Below are positions 14,018 through 24,470 of a stretch of DNA of 32,000 bases, in pieces. Origin of the DNA: Pseudoflavonifractor phocaeensis. Its GTDB lineage: Bacteria > Bacillota > Clostridia > Oscillospirales > Oscillospiraceae. Within the stretch, counting starts at the first letter, position 1, and each line of letters opens with the position of its first letter. Both the position numbers and the translations under genes were made by a program. Where the stretch lies: positions 79,661 to 111,660 of the forward strand of contig NZ_JBCDMT010000005.1 in the NCBI RefSeq assembly GCF_038439875.1. Reading direction: 5' to 3'. The notes below the pieces were generated by a model. That model searched no databases. It worked only from the letters and a program-made list of their open reading frames with translations, and was not told the DNA's origin.

Positions 14018-14094
14018 TGGTGGACGATACAGGACTTGAACCTGTGACCTCCCGCACGTCAAGCGGATGCTCATACCAGCTGAGCTAATCGTCC
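14018..14094 (-). tRNA. tRNA-Val (anticodon GAC), CCA encoded
   Basis: Hand-folded cloverleaf: GGACGAT-TA-GCTC-AGCTGGTAT-GAGC-A-TCCGC-TTGACGT-GCGGG-AGGTC-ACAGG-TTCAAGT-CCTGT-ATCGTCC-A-CCA. All four stems pair and U33 is present. Confidence 0.9.
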
Positions 14095-14108
14095 AAACGG
14101 CGAGTATT

Positions 14109-14137
14109 AGTATACCCAAATCCGGCAGGGTTGTCAA
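14109..14137 (-). promoter_or_regulatory. Promoter of tRNA-Val
   Basis: Minus strand: TTGACA (14132-14137), 17-nt spacer, TATACT (14109-14114). The -10 element ends about 14 nt upstream of the tRNA 5' end. Confidence 0.6.
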
Positions 14138-14217
14138 GCCCTTTTCCCGCTTTTCAGGGCCAAATTCTTTCTTCCCGCATAGAATGGGGGGAACATGAGC
14201 AAAAAGGAGGAATCCCC

Positions 14218-14817
14218 ATGGATCAAGCCCAGTGTCCCGGCGGGCCCCAGCAAGAGTTGGACCGGGCCGCCTTTGAGCGGGTGTGGCGGCGGGTGATGCC
14301 GGAGGACCGGCCCGACTGTCCCTTCACCCTTCCGTCTGCCCCGCCGGTGTCCGCCCTTCCGGCGGTCCCCGCCCCCCAGCCCCGGCGGGAACCCACCCCC
14401 GCCCCGACCGTCTGCCTGGGGGAGGCCAGCGCGACCGACCTGCCCCGGCTGGAGGTCTTTCTCCGCCAGACCGCGGAGGCCAACCGGCTCTACCGCACCC
14501 TGGCCCGCCGGGTCAGCGGCAACAAATTCCTCTCCACCCTGGCCGCGGAAAAGAAGCGGCAGGCCAAGCGTCTGGCGGCCGCCTATTTCCTTATCTCCGG
14601 CCAGACTTACACCGTCCCCCCCACCCCCATGCCCCGGCCCATGCCCTTTCCCCTGGCTCTCCGGGACCGCTTCCAGGCCGAGCAACGGCTGGCCGCCGAC
14701 CTCCTCTCCGCCGCCGGCACTACCACGGACATGTGCCTGGCAGACCTCTATCAGGTTTTGGCGGCGGAAAACCGAAGCTACGCCCAGCAGCTCTGGGGCT
14801 GGATCGAGCAGATGTAA
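14218..14817 (+). CDS. Hypothetical protein: Pro-rich N-terminal half and helical C-terminal half (possibly ferritin-like)
   Basis: AAGGAGG RBS before ATG 14218. High GC3. The C-terminal ...FLRQTAEANRLYRTLARRV...AAEKKRQAKRLAAAYF... looks like a helical bundle. The product assignment is weak. Confidence 0.6.
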   Translation: MDQAQCPGGPQQELDRAAFERVWRRVMPEDRPDCPFTLPSAPPVSALPAVPAPQPRREPTPAPTVCLGEASATDLPRLEVFLRQTAEANRLYRTLARRVSGNKFLSTLAAEKKRQAKRLAAAYFLISGQTYTVPPTPMPRPMPFPLALRDRFQAEQRLAADLLSAAGTTTDMCLADLYQVLAAENRSYAQQLWGWIEQM

Positions 14818-14819
14818 GC

Positions 14820-14863
14820 AAAACAGGCCGTATTTTCATTTAATGAAAATACGGCCTGTTTTT
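14820..14863. terminator. Bidirectional rho-independent terminator between convergent genes
   Basis: Perfect 20-bp stem AAAACAGGCCGTATTTTCAT / ATGAAAATACGGCCTGTTTT with a 3-nt loop and A/T runs on both sides. Confidence 0.85.
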
Positions 14864-14873
14864 ACTTTCTCAA

Positions 14874-15587
14874 TTAGACGTCCTGGGGATCGTCCAGGTG
14901 CCCGCCGAAAGCCTCCACGGCCTTCACGTCGGCCTCCTGGCGCTCCTCGATGGCCTCCTGGAGGAGCATATCCTTGACTTTCATCAGCCGGATGGTGGAG
15001 GCGCGCTCGTTCTCGTCCAGCTTCATGGTGATATACTTGATGGCCTCCTGCATCTGGGGGATCTTCACATATTCCAGGGCGTTGACCCGCCGTCTGGTCT
15101 TTTCGATCTCCTGGGCCAACAGCTGGGCGGTCTTTTCCGCCTGGGCCAACTTGAGCATATCCTGAAAGACCTGGCCAAAGACGCCCACGGCGTCGTCCAG
15201 CTCCCCGGAGGTGGCGGCGAAGCCGTAGGGATAGACCTGGCTGGGGTCGTCGCTCTTGGTCCGGAAGTGATAGACGGGGACGTCCACTGACATGATGTTC
15301 TGAAAGGTCATGTCCAGGGAGACCGACTGCTTGGGATACAGGAGGGCCTGCTCCAGCATCTCGGGGGACATGACGGCCGAGGCCACGGTAAAGGCGGCGT
15401 TGGCCCGGATAAGGCCCTCCTCCACCTTTTTGCGCAGCTCCCGGTTCTCCCGTACCACGTCCATGAACTGCTTCATCAGCTCATCCCGCTTGTCTTTGAG
15501 CAGCTTGTGGCCCCGGGTGGCGGTCCGCAGGCGGCCTTTCAGGCGGGTGAGCTCCATACGGGTGGGATTTACGTTGATCGCAGGCAC
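14874..15587 (-). CDS. ntpD: V-type ATP synthase subunit D
   Basis: N-terminus MPAINVNPTRMELTRLKGRLRTATRGHKLLKDKRDEL is the canonical subunit D start. It is the last gene of the operon. Confidence 0.9.
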   Translation of the reverse strand: MPAINVNPTRMELTRLKGRLRTATRGHKLLKDKRDELMKQFMDVVRENRELRKKVEEGLIRANAAFTVASAVMSPEMLEQALLYPKQSVSLDMTFQNIMSVDVPVYHFRTKSDDPSQVYPYGFAATSGELDDAVGVFGQVFQDMLKLAQAEKTAQLLAQEIEKTRRRVNALEYVKIPQMQEAIKYITMKLDENERASTIRLMKVKDMLLQEAIEERQEADVKAVEAFGGHLDDPQDV

Positions 15588-15590
15588 GGT

Positions 15591-16973
15591 TTACCCCTCC
15601 TTTTTCGGGAGGTACTGCTCGATGAACTCAGGCTTGATCCGTTTCAGCTCGGCGGTGGGCAGAATGGACAGAAGGTCCCAGCCCAGATCCATGGTCTCCA
15701 GGATGGACCGGTTCTCATCGGGCCCCTGGGAGACGTAGCGCTGCTCAAACTCGTCGGCGAATTTGGCGTACAGAAGATCGGTGGGGCTGAGGGCCGCCTC
15801 GCCCAAGATGGACATGAGCTCCTTGTTCTCCTTACCGGTGGAGTAGGCGGCGAAGAGCTGGTTCATGACCCCCGAGTGGTCGGCCCGGGTCTTTCCCTCG
15901 CCGATGCCCTTGTCCTTCAGACGGGACAGGGAGGGCAGCACGTCGATGGGCGGGTTGACGCCCTTGCGGAAGAGCTCCCGGCTCAGGATGATCTGGCCCT
16001 CGGTGATATACCCGGTCAGGTCGGGGATGGGGTGGGTCTTGTCGTCCTCGGGCATGGTCAGGATGGGGATCATGGTGATGGAGCCCGGCTTGCCCAGCTG
16101 GCGGCCCGCCCGCTCGTACATGGTGGCCAGGTCGGTGTAGAGGTAGCCGGGGTAGCCCCGGCGGCCGGGGACCTCCTTCTTGGCCGCCGAAATCTCCCGG
16201 AGGGCCTCGGCGTAGTTGGTGATGTCGGTGAGGATGACCAGCACGTGCATGTTCTTCTCAAAGGCCAGGTACTCCGCCGCCGTCAGGGCCATACGGGGGG
16301 TGGCGATGCGCTCCACGGCGGGATCGTTGGCCAAGTTGGTGAACAGCACCGTCCGGTCGATGGCCCCCGTGCGCTTGAACTCCTCCACAAAGTAGTTGGA
16401 CTCCTCGAAGGTGATGCCGATGGCGGCAAAGACCACGGCGAAGTTGGCGGAGTCCTCCCCCAGCACCTTGGCCTGCCGGGCGATCTGGGCCGCCAGGGCG
16501 GCGTGGGGCAGGCCGGAGCCGGAGAAGATGGGCAGCTTTTGGCCGCGGACCAGGGTGTTCAGCCCGTCGATGGCGGAGATGCCGGTCTGAATGAACTCGT
16601 TGGGGTAGTCCCGGGCGGCGGGGTTCATGGGCAGGCCGTTGATATCCCGGTACTCGTCGGGCAGGATGTCGGGGCCGCCGTCGATGGGCTGGCCCATGCC
16701 GTTGAAGACACGGCCCAGCATCTCGGAGGACACCCCAAGCCGGAGGGGATGGCCCAAAAAGCGGACCTTGGAGTCCCGCAGGTTGATGCCGGCGCTGGCC
16801 TCGAAGAGCTGGACCACGGCGTTGTCGCCGTTGACCTCCAGCACCTTGCAGTGGCGGATGTCGCCGTTGGGCAGCTCGATCTCGCCCAACTCGTCGTAGG
16901 TGACGCCCTGGACCCGCTTCACCATCATCAGGGGGCCGTTGACCTCTTGAATTGTCTTATATTCCCGAATCAT
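15591..16973 (-). CDS. ntpB: V-type ATP synthase subunit B
   Basis: 460 aa. The motifs [14 protein letters not shown] and ...[22 protein letters not shown] are typical of A/V-type B subunits. ATGA overlap with ntpA. Confidence 0.95.
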   Translation of the reverse strand: MIREYKTIQEVNGPLMMVKRVQGVTYDELGEIELPNGDIRHCKVLEVNGDNAVVQLFEASAGINLRDSKVRFLGHPLRLGVSSEMLGRVFNGMGQPIDGGPDILPDEYRDINGLPMNPAARDYPNEFIQTGISAIDGLNTLVRGQKLPIFSGSGLPHAALAAQIARQAKVLGEDSANFAVVFAAIGITFEESNYFVEEFKRTGAIDRTVLFTNLANDPAVERIATPRMALTAAEYLAFEKNMHVLVILTDITNYAEALREISAAKKEVPGRRGYPGYLYTDLATMYERAGRQLGKPGSITMIPILTMPEDDKTHPIPDLTGYITEGQIILSRELFRKGVNPPIDVLPSLSRLKDKGIGEGKTRADHSGVMNQLFAAYSTGKENKELMSILGEAALSPTDLLYAKFADEFEQRYVSQGPDENRSILETMDLGWDLLSILPTAELKRIKPEFIEQYLPKKEG

Positions 16974-18742
16974 GCGTCCTCGCCTCCCTTCGCCACCGCG
17001 GCGTCGATCTCCTGCTCCATCTCACGGGCCATGTCGGCGTAGACGGCGGGGAAGGTGTCGTCGGGGACGCTCTTGGCCCGGCCCATCTTCTCCCGGAAGG
17101 GGATCTCAAAGAGGTCGGCGGTGCGGGCGCCCTTGGCGATGGCCTCCCGGCAGAGCTTGTCGTAGTCCAGGATCATCCCCAGCATCTTGTCCTGGCGCTC
17201 GTAACTGGAGTACCAGTCCACCTCCATGAAGCCGTTTTGCTGGAGGAAATCCTCCCGCAGCATCTTGGCGGTCTCCAGGGTGAGCTGGTCATTGGGGGAC
17301 AGGGAGTCCTTGCCCACCAGCTGGACGATCTCGTTGAGGCTGGCCTCCTCCTGGAGGATGGCCATGGCCTTGTCCCGGTCGGCCATGAACTGGGGGCCCA
17401 GGTTCTCATCATACCAGGGCTTCAGGGAGTCCAGGTAGAGGGAGTAGGAGTTGAGCCAGTTGATGGCGGGGAAGTGGCGGCGGTAGGCCAGGGAGGCGTC
17501 CAGGGCCCAGAACACCTTGACGATGCGCATGGTGGCCTGGCTGACGGGCTCGGAGAGGTCGCCGCCAGGAGGGGACACGGCCCCCACGGCGGTGAGGGAG
17601 CCCCGGCGCTCGTCGGAGCCGATACACTCCACCACGCCGGCCCGCTCGTAGAACTGGGACAGGCGGGAGGAGAGGTAGGCGGGGTAGCCCTCCTCGCCGG
17701 GCATCTCCTCCAGCCGCCCGGACATCTCACGCAAAGCCTCGGCCCAGCGGGAGGTGGAGTCGGCGATGACAGCCACGTCGTAGCCCATGTCCCGGAAATA
17801 CTCGGCGATAGTGATGCCGGTATAGATGGACGCCTCACGGGCGGCCACGGGCATGTCGGAGGTGTTGGCGATGAGGACGGTGCGCTTCATCAGCGGCTCG
17901 CCGTTGCGGGGGTCCACCAGCTCGGGGAACTCCCGCAGCACGTCGGTCATCTCGTTGCCCCGCTCGCCGCAGCCGATGTAGACCACGATGTCCACGTCGG
18001 ACCACTTGGCCAGCTGGTGCTGCATGACGGTCTTGCCCGAGCCGAAGGGCCCGGGGATGGCGGCGGTGCCGCCCTTGGCCACGGGGAACATGGCGTCCAC
18101 GATCCGCTGGCCGGACAGCAGAGGGGTCTTGGGGGGATACTTGTGGGAATAGGGCCGGCCCACACGCACGGGCCAGGTCTGCATCAGCTTCAGCTCGTGT
18201 CGCTCCCCGTTGTCGTCCACCAGGACGCCCACGGGCTCGGTGACGGTATACGCTCCGGCCTGGATGGAGAGGATGGTGCCGCTCAGGCGGGGGGGCACCA
18301 TGATCTTGTGGAGGACGGAGACGGTCTCGGGCACAGTGCCGATGACGTCGCCGCCGGTGACCTTATCCCCGGCCTGGACGGCGGGGGTGAATTCCCACTT
18401 CTTCTCCCGGCTCAGGCCGGGCAGCTGGATGCCGCGGGTGATGTTGGACCCGGCCAGCTTCATGATCTCCTCCAGGGGCCGCTGGATGCCGTCGTAGATG
18501 TTCTCGATCAGGCCGGGACCCAGCTCCACGGACAGGGGGGCGCCGGTGGTGACCACCTCGGCGCCGGGGCCCAGGCCGGAGGTCTCCTCGTAGACCTGGA
18601 TGGAGGCGGAATCGCCGTTCATGGTAAGGATCTCGCCGATCAGGTGTTGGGGACCCACCCGGACCACGTCGGCCATATTGGCGTCGGCGAGGCCGGTGGC
18701 CACCACCAGCGGGCCGGAGACCTTGACTACTTTACCGCTCAA
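16970..18742 (-). CDS. ntpA: V-type ATP synthase catalytic subunit A
   Basis: P-loop GPFGSGKT, plus GERGNEM and [10 protein letters not shown] motifs. I place the start at TTG 18740-18742 (AGAAGG 8 nt upstream), giving [15 protein letters not shown]... (591 aa). The 72 extra N-terminal codons in the ORF track are a translation of the upstream repeat element. Confidence 0.9.
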   Translation of the reverse strand: MSGKVVKVSGPLVVATGLADANMADVVRVGPQHLIGEILTMNGDSASIQVYEETSGLGPGAEVVTTGAPLSVELGPGLIENIYDGIQRPLEEIMKLAGSNITRGIQLPGLSREKKWEFTPAVQAGDKVTGGDVIGTVPETVSVLHKIMVPPRLSGTILSIQAGAYTVTEPVGVLVDDNGERHELKLMQTWPVRVGRPYSHKYPPKTPLLSGQRIVDAMFPVAKGGTAAIPGPFGSGKTVMQHQLAKWSDVDIVVYIGCGERGNEMTDVLREFPELVDPRNGEPLMKRTVLIANTSDMPVAAREASIYTGITIAEYFRDMGYDVAVIADSTSRWAEALREMSGRLEEMPGEEGYPAYLSSRLSQFYERAGVVECIGSDERRGSLTAVGAVSPPGGDLSEPVSQATMRIVKVFWALDASLAYRRHFPAINWLNSYSLYLDSLKPWYDENLGPQFMADRDKAMAILQEEASLNEIVQLVGKDSLSPNDQLTLETAKMLREDFLQQNGFMEVDWYSSYERQDKMLGMILDYDKLCREAIAKGARTADLFEIPFREKMGRAKSVPDDTFPAVYADMAREMEQEIDAAVAKGGEDA

Positions 18743-18765
18743 GTTTTCAACCTTCTTTCTCGTCG

Positions 18766-19075
18766 GAGTACGCCGTGTACCCTCGCCCCGGCGGACCCGA
18801 CCGGTATCACTGGGGCGCTTTCCCTGCCTTCCCTCCGGGGGAAGGTGCCCCCGCAGGGGCGGATGAGGGGAATGATACTTCTTTGCTGCGCCTGTGCTTG
18901 GGGCAGAGCTCCCCGCCCTAATTTTCAGAGTGCGTCGTGTATCCTCGTCCCGGCGCACCCGACCGGTTTCACCGGGGCGTTTTCCCCGCCTTCCCCCGGG
19001 GGAAGGTGCCCCCGCAGGGGCGGATGAGGGGAAGGGTACTTCTTTGTCGCGCCTGTGCTTGGGGCAGAGCTCCCC
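18766..19075. repeat. Two tandem copies (period 162 bp, about 90 percent identical by eye) of a GC-rich, hairpin-dense repeat of about 149 bp, inside the ntpF-ntpA spacer
   Basis: Copy A is 18766-18914 and copy B is 18928-19075. Shared hairpins: CCTTCCC..GGGAAGG, GCCCC-GCA-GGGGC and GGGG-CAGAGCT-CCCC. Two more hairpins follow: GTCTGC-TTC-GCAGAC and GCTTCCCC..GGGGAAGC (19083-19115). Confidence 0.85.
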
Positions 19076-19289
19076 TCATCAGTCTGCTTCGCAGACAGCT
19101 TCCCCCAGGGGAAGCCTATGGCCGGAATAAGTTCCGCTTCGGCCGCTCCCAAAACGTGTCGGGGGCGTAGCCCTTGGCGGCCCGGAAGGCCCGCTCGGCC
19201 TTCTCCACCTGCCGCAGGGCCCTCTTTTCGTTATGGCTCAGATAGGGGCCGGGTCTCCTTTCCCGCTCGGTGGAAGGAACGGCGGACCC

Positions 19290-19604
19290 TTACAAAATAT
19301 CCGCGCCCACGGCCCGCTCCACGGCGGTCTTTACGTTGGCCATGCCGATGCCCAGGCTCCCCTCCCGGCCGGGGATGAGGATAACGGCGGGGGTGAGGGA
19401 ATCCTTATACCGGGCGATCTCAGCCCCCATGTGCTGGGCAAAGCCCTCCGTGAGGTAGACGATGGCGTAATTTTCTTTTGCCAGACGGTGGAGGAGGGCC
19501 TTGGCCTCCTCGGCGTCCCCGGCGGGAAACATGTCCAGCCCCAGGGCCTTGAAGCCCAGCACGCTGTCCCGGTCCCCCACCGCGGCGATCTTATACTCAG
19601 ACAT
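19290..19604 (-). CDS. ntpG: V-type ATP synthase subunit F (E. hirae NtpG equivalent)
   Basis: MSEYKIAAVGDRDSVLGFKALG... is a typical subunit F N-terminus. ATG 19602-19604 overlaps the ntpC stop by 8 nt. The ORF track uses the alternative GTG at 19613. Confidence 0.85.
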   Translation of the reverse strand: MSEYKIAAVGDRDSVLGFKALGLDMFPAGDAEEAKALLHRLAKENYAIVYLTEGFAQHMGAEIARYKDSLTPAVILIPGREGSLGIGMANVKTAVERAVGADIL

Positions 19605-20586
19605 AGGTGTCACGCAGCCTTTCCCGAATGGCGTCGGCGCTCAGCCCCGCCATCCGTCCGGCCAGGATGGTGCGGATGGCCGTGGCCTCCGCCTCCCTGG
19701 CGCACAGGTAGCCCACCACCGGCTGTTCCCCGAAGGAGGTCCGCCGGGCCTGGGCCAGATAGGCGGTCAGGGCGTCGTCACAGAGCTTCTCGAAGGCGGT
19801 CAGACTCCCCGCCTCGGGGGAGGCCAGCTCGGCCCCCACCTCGGCAGCCTTCTCCAGGGGGGTGGACCGGAACCGCTGGGCCAGCTCTCCCCCCTTGGCG
19901 GTGGCCACCGCCTGGGGCGAAACATTGCCGCCGGACAGAAGGCTCTTGGCCAGCAGTTCCGCCCCGGCCCCCATCCGCTGGCACCGCACGGCCACCCGCA
20001 GGTTCACCGCGTCCACGGCCAGCTTCACGTAGCCCTGGAGAAAGGCGCTGCCGCTGGCCTTGGCCGCGGTGGCCATCTCGCCGTAGCAGGCCCGGTCCAG
20101 GATGAGGTCGGCCTCCTGGGAGTCTCCCCCGTCGGACAGGGCCGCCCCGGCCTGCTCCACCGCCGAGCGGAAAGGATCGGAATAGTCCCGCAGGTCTCCC
20201 CGGCGGAAATTCTCGGCCAGAGCCTTGGGGGCGTAGCGGCCGCCCTCCATGAGCAGCCGGTCGGCCTCCTCCCCCACCGCCTCGGCCTTCAGAAGCACCT
20301 TGGCGTTGTGGTAGTCGTACTTGATCTGAAAGACCTCCACCAGGGCCGGGTCGGGGACCGCCCCCTTCAGGTCTTGGAACAGCTCTTCCCGGGCCTTGGC
20401 CAGCACCCGGTTCAGGGCCGGGACCGAGAGGTCCTCCGGCTCCTCGTAGCCGCACTCGGCGAGGATCTTCAAGGCCTCGTCGTCGGTGCGGGCCTCTATC
20501 ATCCGCTCCTGGCGCTCCCGGGTCAGGAGGCGGTTCTCCATGGCCCGCACCCGGGCGGAGATGGAGAGATAATCGGTGTCTTTCAC
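19597..20586 (-). CDS. ntpC: V-type ATP synthase subunit C (d-type)
   Basis: 329 aa. GTG start preceded by AAGGAGG. N-terminus MKDTDYLSISARVRAMENRLL. Correct position in the operon. Confidence 0.85.
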   Translation of the reverse strand: MKDTDYLSISARVRAMENRLLTRERQERMIEARTDDEALKILAECGYEEPEDLSVPALNRVLAKAREELFQDLKGAVPDPALVEVFQIKYDYHNAKVLLKAEAVGEEADRLLMEGGRYAPKALAENFRRGDLRDYSDPFRSAVEQAGAALSDGGDSQEADLILDRACYGEMATAAKASGSAFLQGYVKLAVDAVNLRVAVRCQRMGAGAELLAKSLLSGGNVSPQAVATAKGGELAQRFRSTPLEKAAEVGAELASPEAGSLTAFEKLCDDALTAYLAQARRTSFGEQPVVGYLCAREAEATAIRTILAGRMAGLSADAIRERLRDTYV

Positions 20587-20616
20587 GGCTTCCTCCTTTC
20601 CCTCCTCAGGGAGGGG

Positions 20617-21306
20617 TCATTCCCCGAAGAGGATCTGGGCCACCTGCCGCTCCAGCTCGGGACGGGACAGCCGGACCAGGGTCTCGAAGGCGCAGTTGAC
20701 CTCCACGCCGTCGGCGGCCAGGATGAAGCCGCCCTGGATGGGCCGGGTCTCCTCGGCCAGGGTGAGCATCCCGGTGCCCGCCAGCAGGGCGGAGCCGGCG
20801 GTGACCACCTTATCCAGGAAGGCCCCGGCGGCGGAGCCGGTCAGCTCCTCGGGGAGCTTGGGGGCCACCTGTTTGGCCAGGATCTCGTTGGCCTTGGTAA
20901 CCACCTGCTTGCCCACCCGCTGCCGGTCCTTTTTGGAAAAGATGACGGCCTCACGGCCGGTGACAGCCGCCTTGGCGCACAGGGCGGCCAGCAGCTCGGC
21001 GTACTCCTCCTCGGGGAGGGCCAGCAGCTCCTCCAGCGCCCGGTCGAAGGCCTGGCCGATCATCTCCTGCTTGGCGGCCAAAATCTGCTTGCGCCCTTCC
21101 AGCTGGGCCACGCTGGCCAACCGCTCGGCGCGCTCCCCGGCGTTCTTCCGCCCCCGCTCCAGGATGTCCTCCCGCTCCTTCCGGGCCTTCTCGGCCCACT
21201 CCGCGGCGATGGCGTCCGCCCTGGCACGGGCGTCGGCAAGGACCTGGCCGGCCTCGGCCTGGGCATCCTGCTCAATGCGCTGTGTAATTTTTTCCAATCC
21301 GTTCAT
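20617..21306 (-). CDS. ntpE: V-type ATP synthase subunit E
   Basis: 229 aa. The N-terminal coiled coil MNGLEKITQRIEQDAQAEAGQVLADARARA... is typical of the peripheral-stalk E subunit. Confidence 0.8.
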   Translation of the reverse strand: MNGLEKITQRIEQDAQAEAGQVLADARARADAIAAEWAEKARKEREDILERGRKNAGERAERLASVAQLEGRKQILAAKQEMIGQAFDRALEELLALPEEEYAELLAALCAKAAVTGREAVIFSKKDRQRVGKQVVTKANEILAKQVAPKLPEELTGSAAGAFLDKVVTAGSALLAGTGMLTLAEETRPIQGGFILAADGVEVNCAFETLVRLSRPELERQVAQILFGE

Positions 21307-21337
21307 GTGGTTTCCGCCTTTCCAAGTTGGGGCGTCA

Positions 21338-23819
<2,482 letters not shown>

Positions 23820-23820
23820 A

Positions 23821-24135
23821 TCAGGTATTCACGACCCTTCTGACGATCAGCGCCGCGGCCTCGTCCAGTTTTTCCGCCGCTCTGGCCTTGAGGGCCTGGC
23901 AGTCCTTTTCATACTCCGCCAGAGCCTCCCGGGTCTTGACCTCGGCCTGGCTTTCGGCCTGGGAGAGCAGCTCCCTGGCGCCCGCCTGGGCCTCCTTCCG
24001 GGCCTGGGCCAGGGCTTCCCGCCCGGCCTTTTCCGCCCCGGCCACCATGGCCTGGGCCTCGGCCTGGGCCTTCGCCCTGCGCTCCTTTGCCTCTGCCTCG
24101 GTATCGGTCACTTGCTTGATCGCGTCCATCGACAT
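23821..24135 (-). CDS. V-type ATP synthase small coiled-coil subunit (G/H-type, E. hirae NtpF equivalent)
   Basis: 104-aa Ala/Glu/Lys/Gln-rich helical protein. It is the first gene of the operon, and its stop lies 1 nt from the ntpI start. Confidence 0.65.
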   Translation of the reverse strand: MSMDAIKQVTDTEAEAKERRAKAQAEAQAMVAGAEKAGREALAQARKEAQAGARELLSQAESQAEVKTREALAEYEKDCQALKARAAEKLDEAAALIVRRVVNT

Positions 24136-24191
24136 TATCTCACCGCCTTCTTCATGGTCCTCGTTCTGAAAATGGAAATTACTGCTCTCCT

Positions 24192-24220
24192 ATCATACTA
24201 GAAAGGGGTTTAGAAAGCAA
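24192..24220 (-). promoter_or_regulatory. Candidate proximal promoter of the V-ATPase operon
   Basis: Minus strand: TTGCTT (24215-24220), 17-nt spacer, TATGAT (24192-24197). It lies in an AT-rich 335-bp leader. Confidence 0.3.
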
Positions 24221-24309
24221 GTTTATTTTATCCCCGTCAAAATGCACTACTCTCCAAATGAACGGGGTAAAAACAAAAATTTATCCAGTTTTTCCTCATT
24301 TATTTCACC

Positions 24310-24338
24310 AAAATACGACACTTATCCACTTTTGTCAA
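24310..24338 (-). promoter_or_regulatory. Candidate distal promoter of the V-ATPase operon
   Basis: Minus strand: TTGACA (24333-24338), 17-nt spacer, TATTTT (24310-24315). The spacer contains one of two TTATCCA(C/G)TTTT direct repeats. Confidence 0.3.
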
Positions 24339-24424
24339 AAAATAAGCCGCTATTTTTCACATAAACCGCTCAGTTTAAACTTATTATTTCGTCATTTTAA
24401 ATAAATCTCTTTCGCCTGGAAAGC

Positions 24425-24465
24425 AAAAAACGCCGGGGCCCATGGTTTTCCATGGGTCCCGGCGC
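24425..24465 (-). terminator. Rho-independent terminator of the upstream gene
   Basis: Minus strand: GCGCCGGGACCCATGG-AAAA-CCATGGGCCCCGGCG followed by TTTTTT. It begins about 6 nt after the stop of the 24471 gene. Confidence 0.8.
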
Positions 24466-24470
24466 TGGAT

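Larger units (their letters stand above)
1..14020. mobile_element. Integrated siphovirus-like prophage (right-hand part: packaging, late regulator, replication, early/immunity, integration modules). It is truncated by the left window edge and ends at the tRNA-Val 3' end.
   Basis: Colinear phage modules run from portal/TerL/TerS/HNH to cro/cI/integrase. The integrase is the last gene and faces the 3' end of a tRNA. GC content is visibly lower and mosaic compared with the flanking chromosome. Confidence 0.85.

Noticed and set aside
14134-14843. Alternative ORFs around the hypothetical gene: 14134-14685 and 14223-14483 on the minus strand, and 14283-14843 on the plus strand.
   Set aside because: They overlap the frame that has an AAGGAGG RBS and the best third-position GC bias, and they are Gly/Arg/Pro-rich. 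However, the product of the retained frame is itself only weakly supported.
18743-18958. The 72-codon N-terminal extension of NtpA in the ORF track (MRRDEDTRRTLKIRAG...PHPPLRGHLPPEGRQG...).
   Set aside because: It is a translation of the intergenic repeat unit. The same peptide-like string recurs from the second copy in another ORF. A TTG with a proper RBS at 18742 gives the canonical [15 protein letters not shown]-terminus.
16952-19027. Long plus-strand ORFs antisense to the V-ATPase genes: 691 aa here, plus 15507-17042, 19233-20105, 19501-21348, 20576-22045 and 21861-23843.
   Set aside because: They are Gly/Pro/His/Arg/Leu/Val-rich low-complexity translations with no RBS. Each lies exactly opposite a well-supported, motif-bearing minus-strand gene. 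This is the typical stop-codon-poor antisense frame of high-GC DNA.
18766-19075. The possibility that the tandem repeats are a CRISPR array.
   Set aside because: There are only two units of about 149 bp, directly adjacent (13-bp gap), with no unique spacers of CRISPR size. There are no cas genes, and the units are internally hairpin-rich rather than short palindromic repeats.
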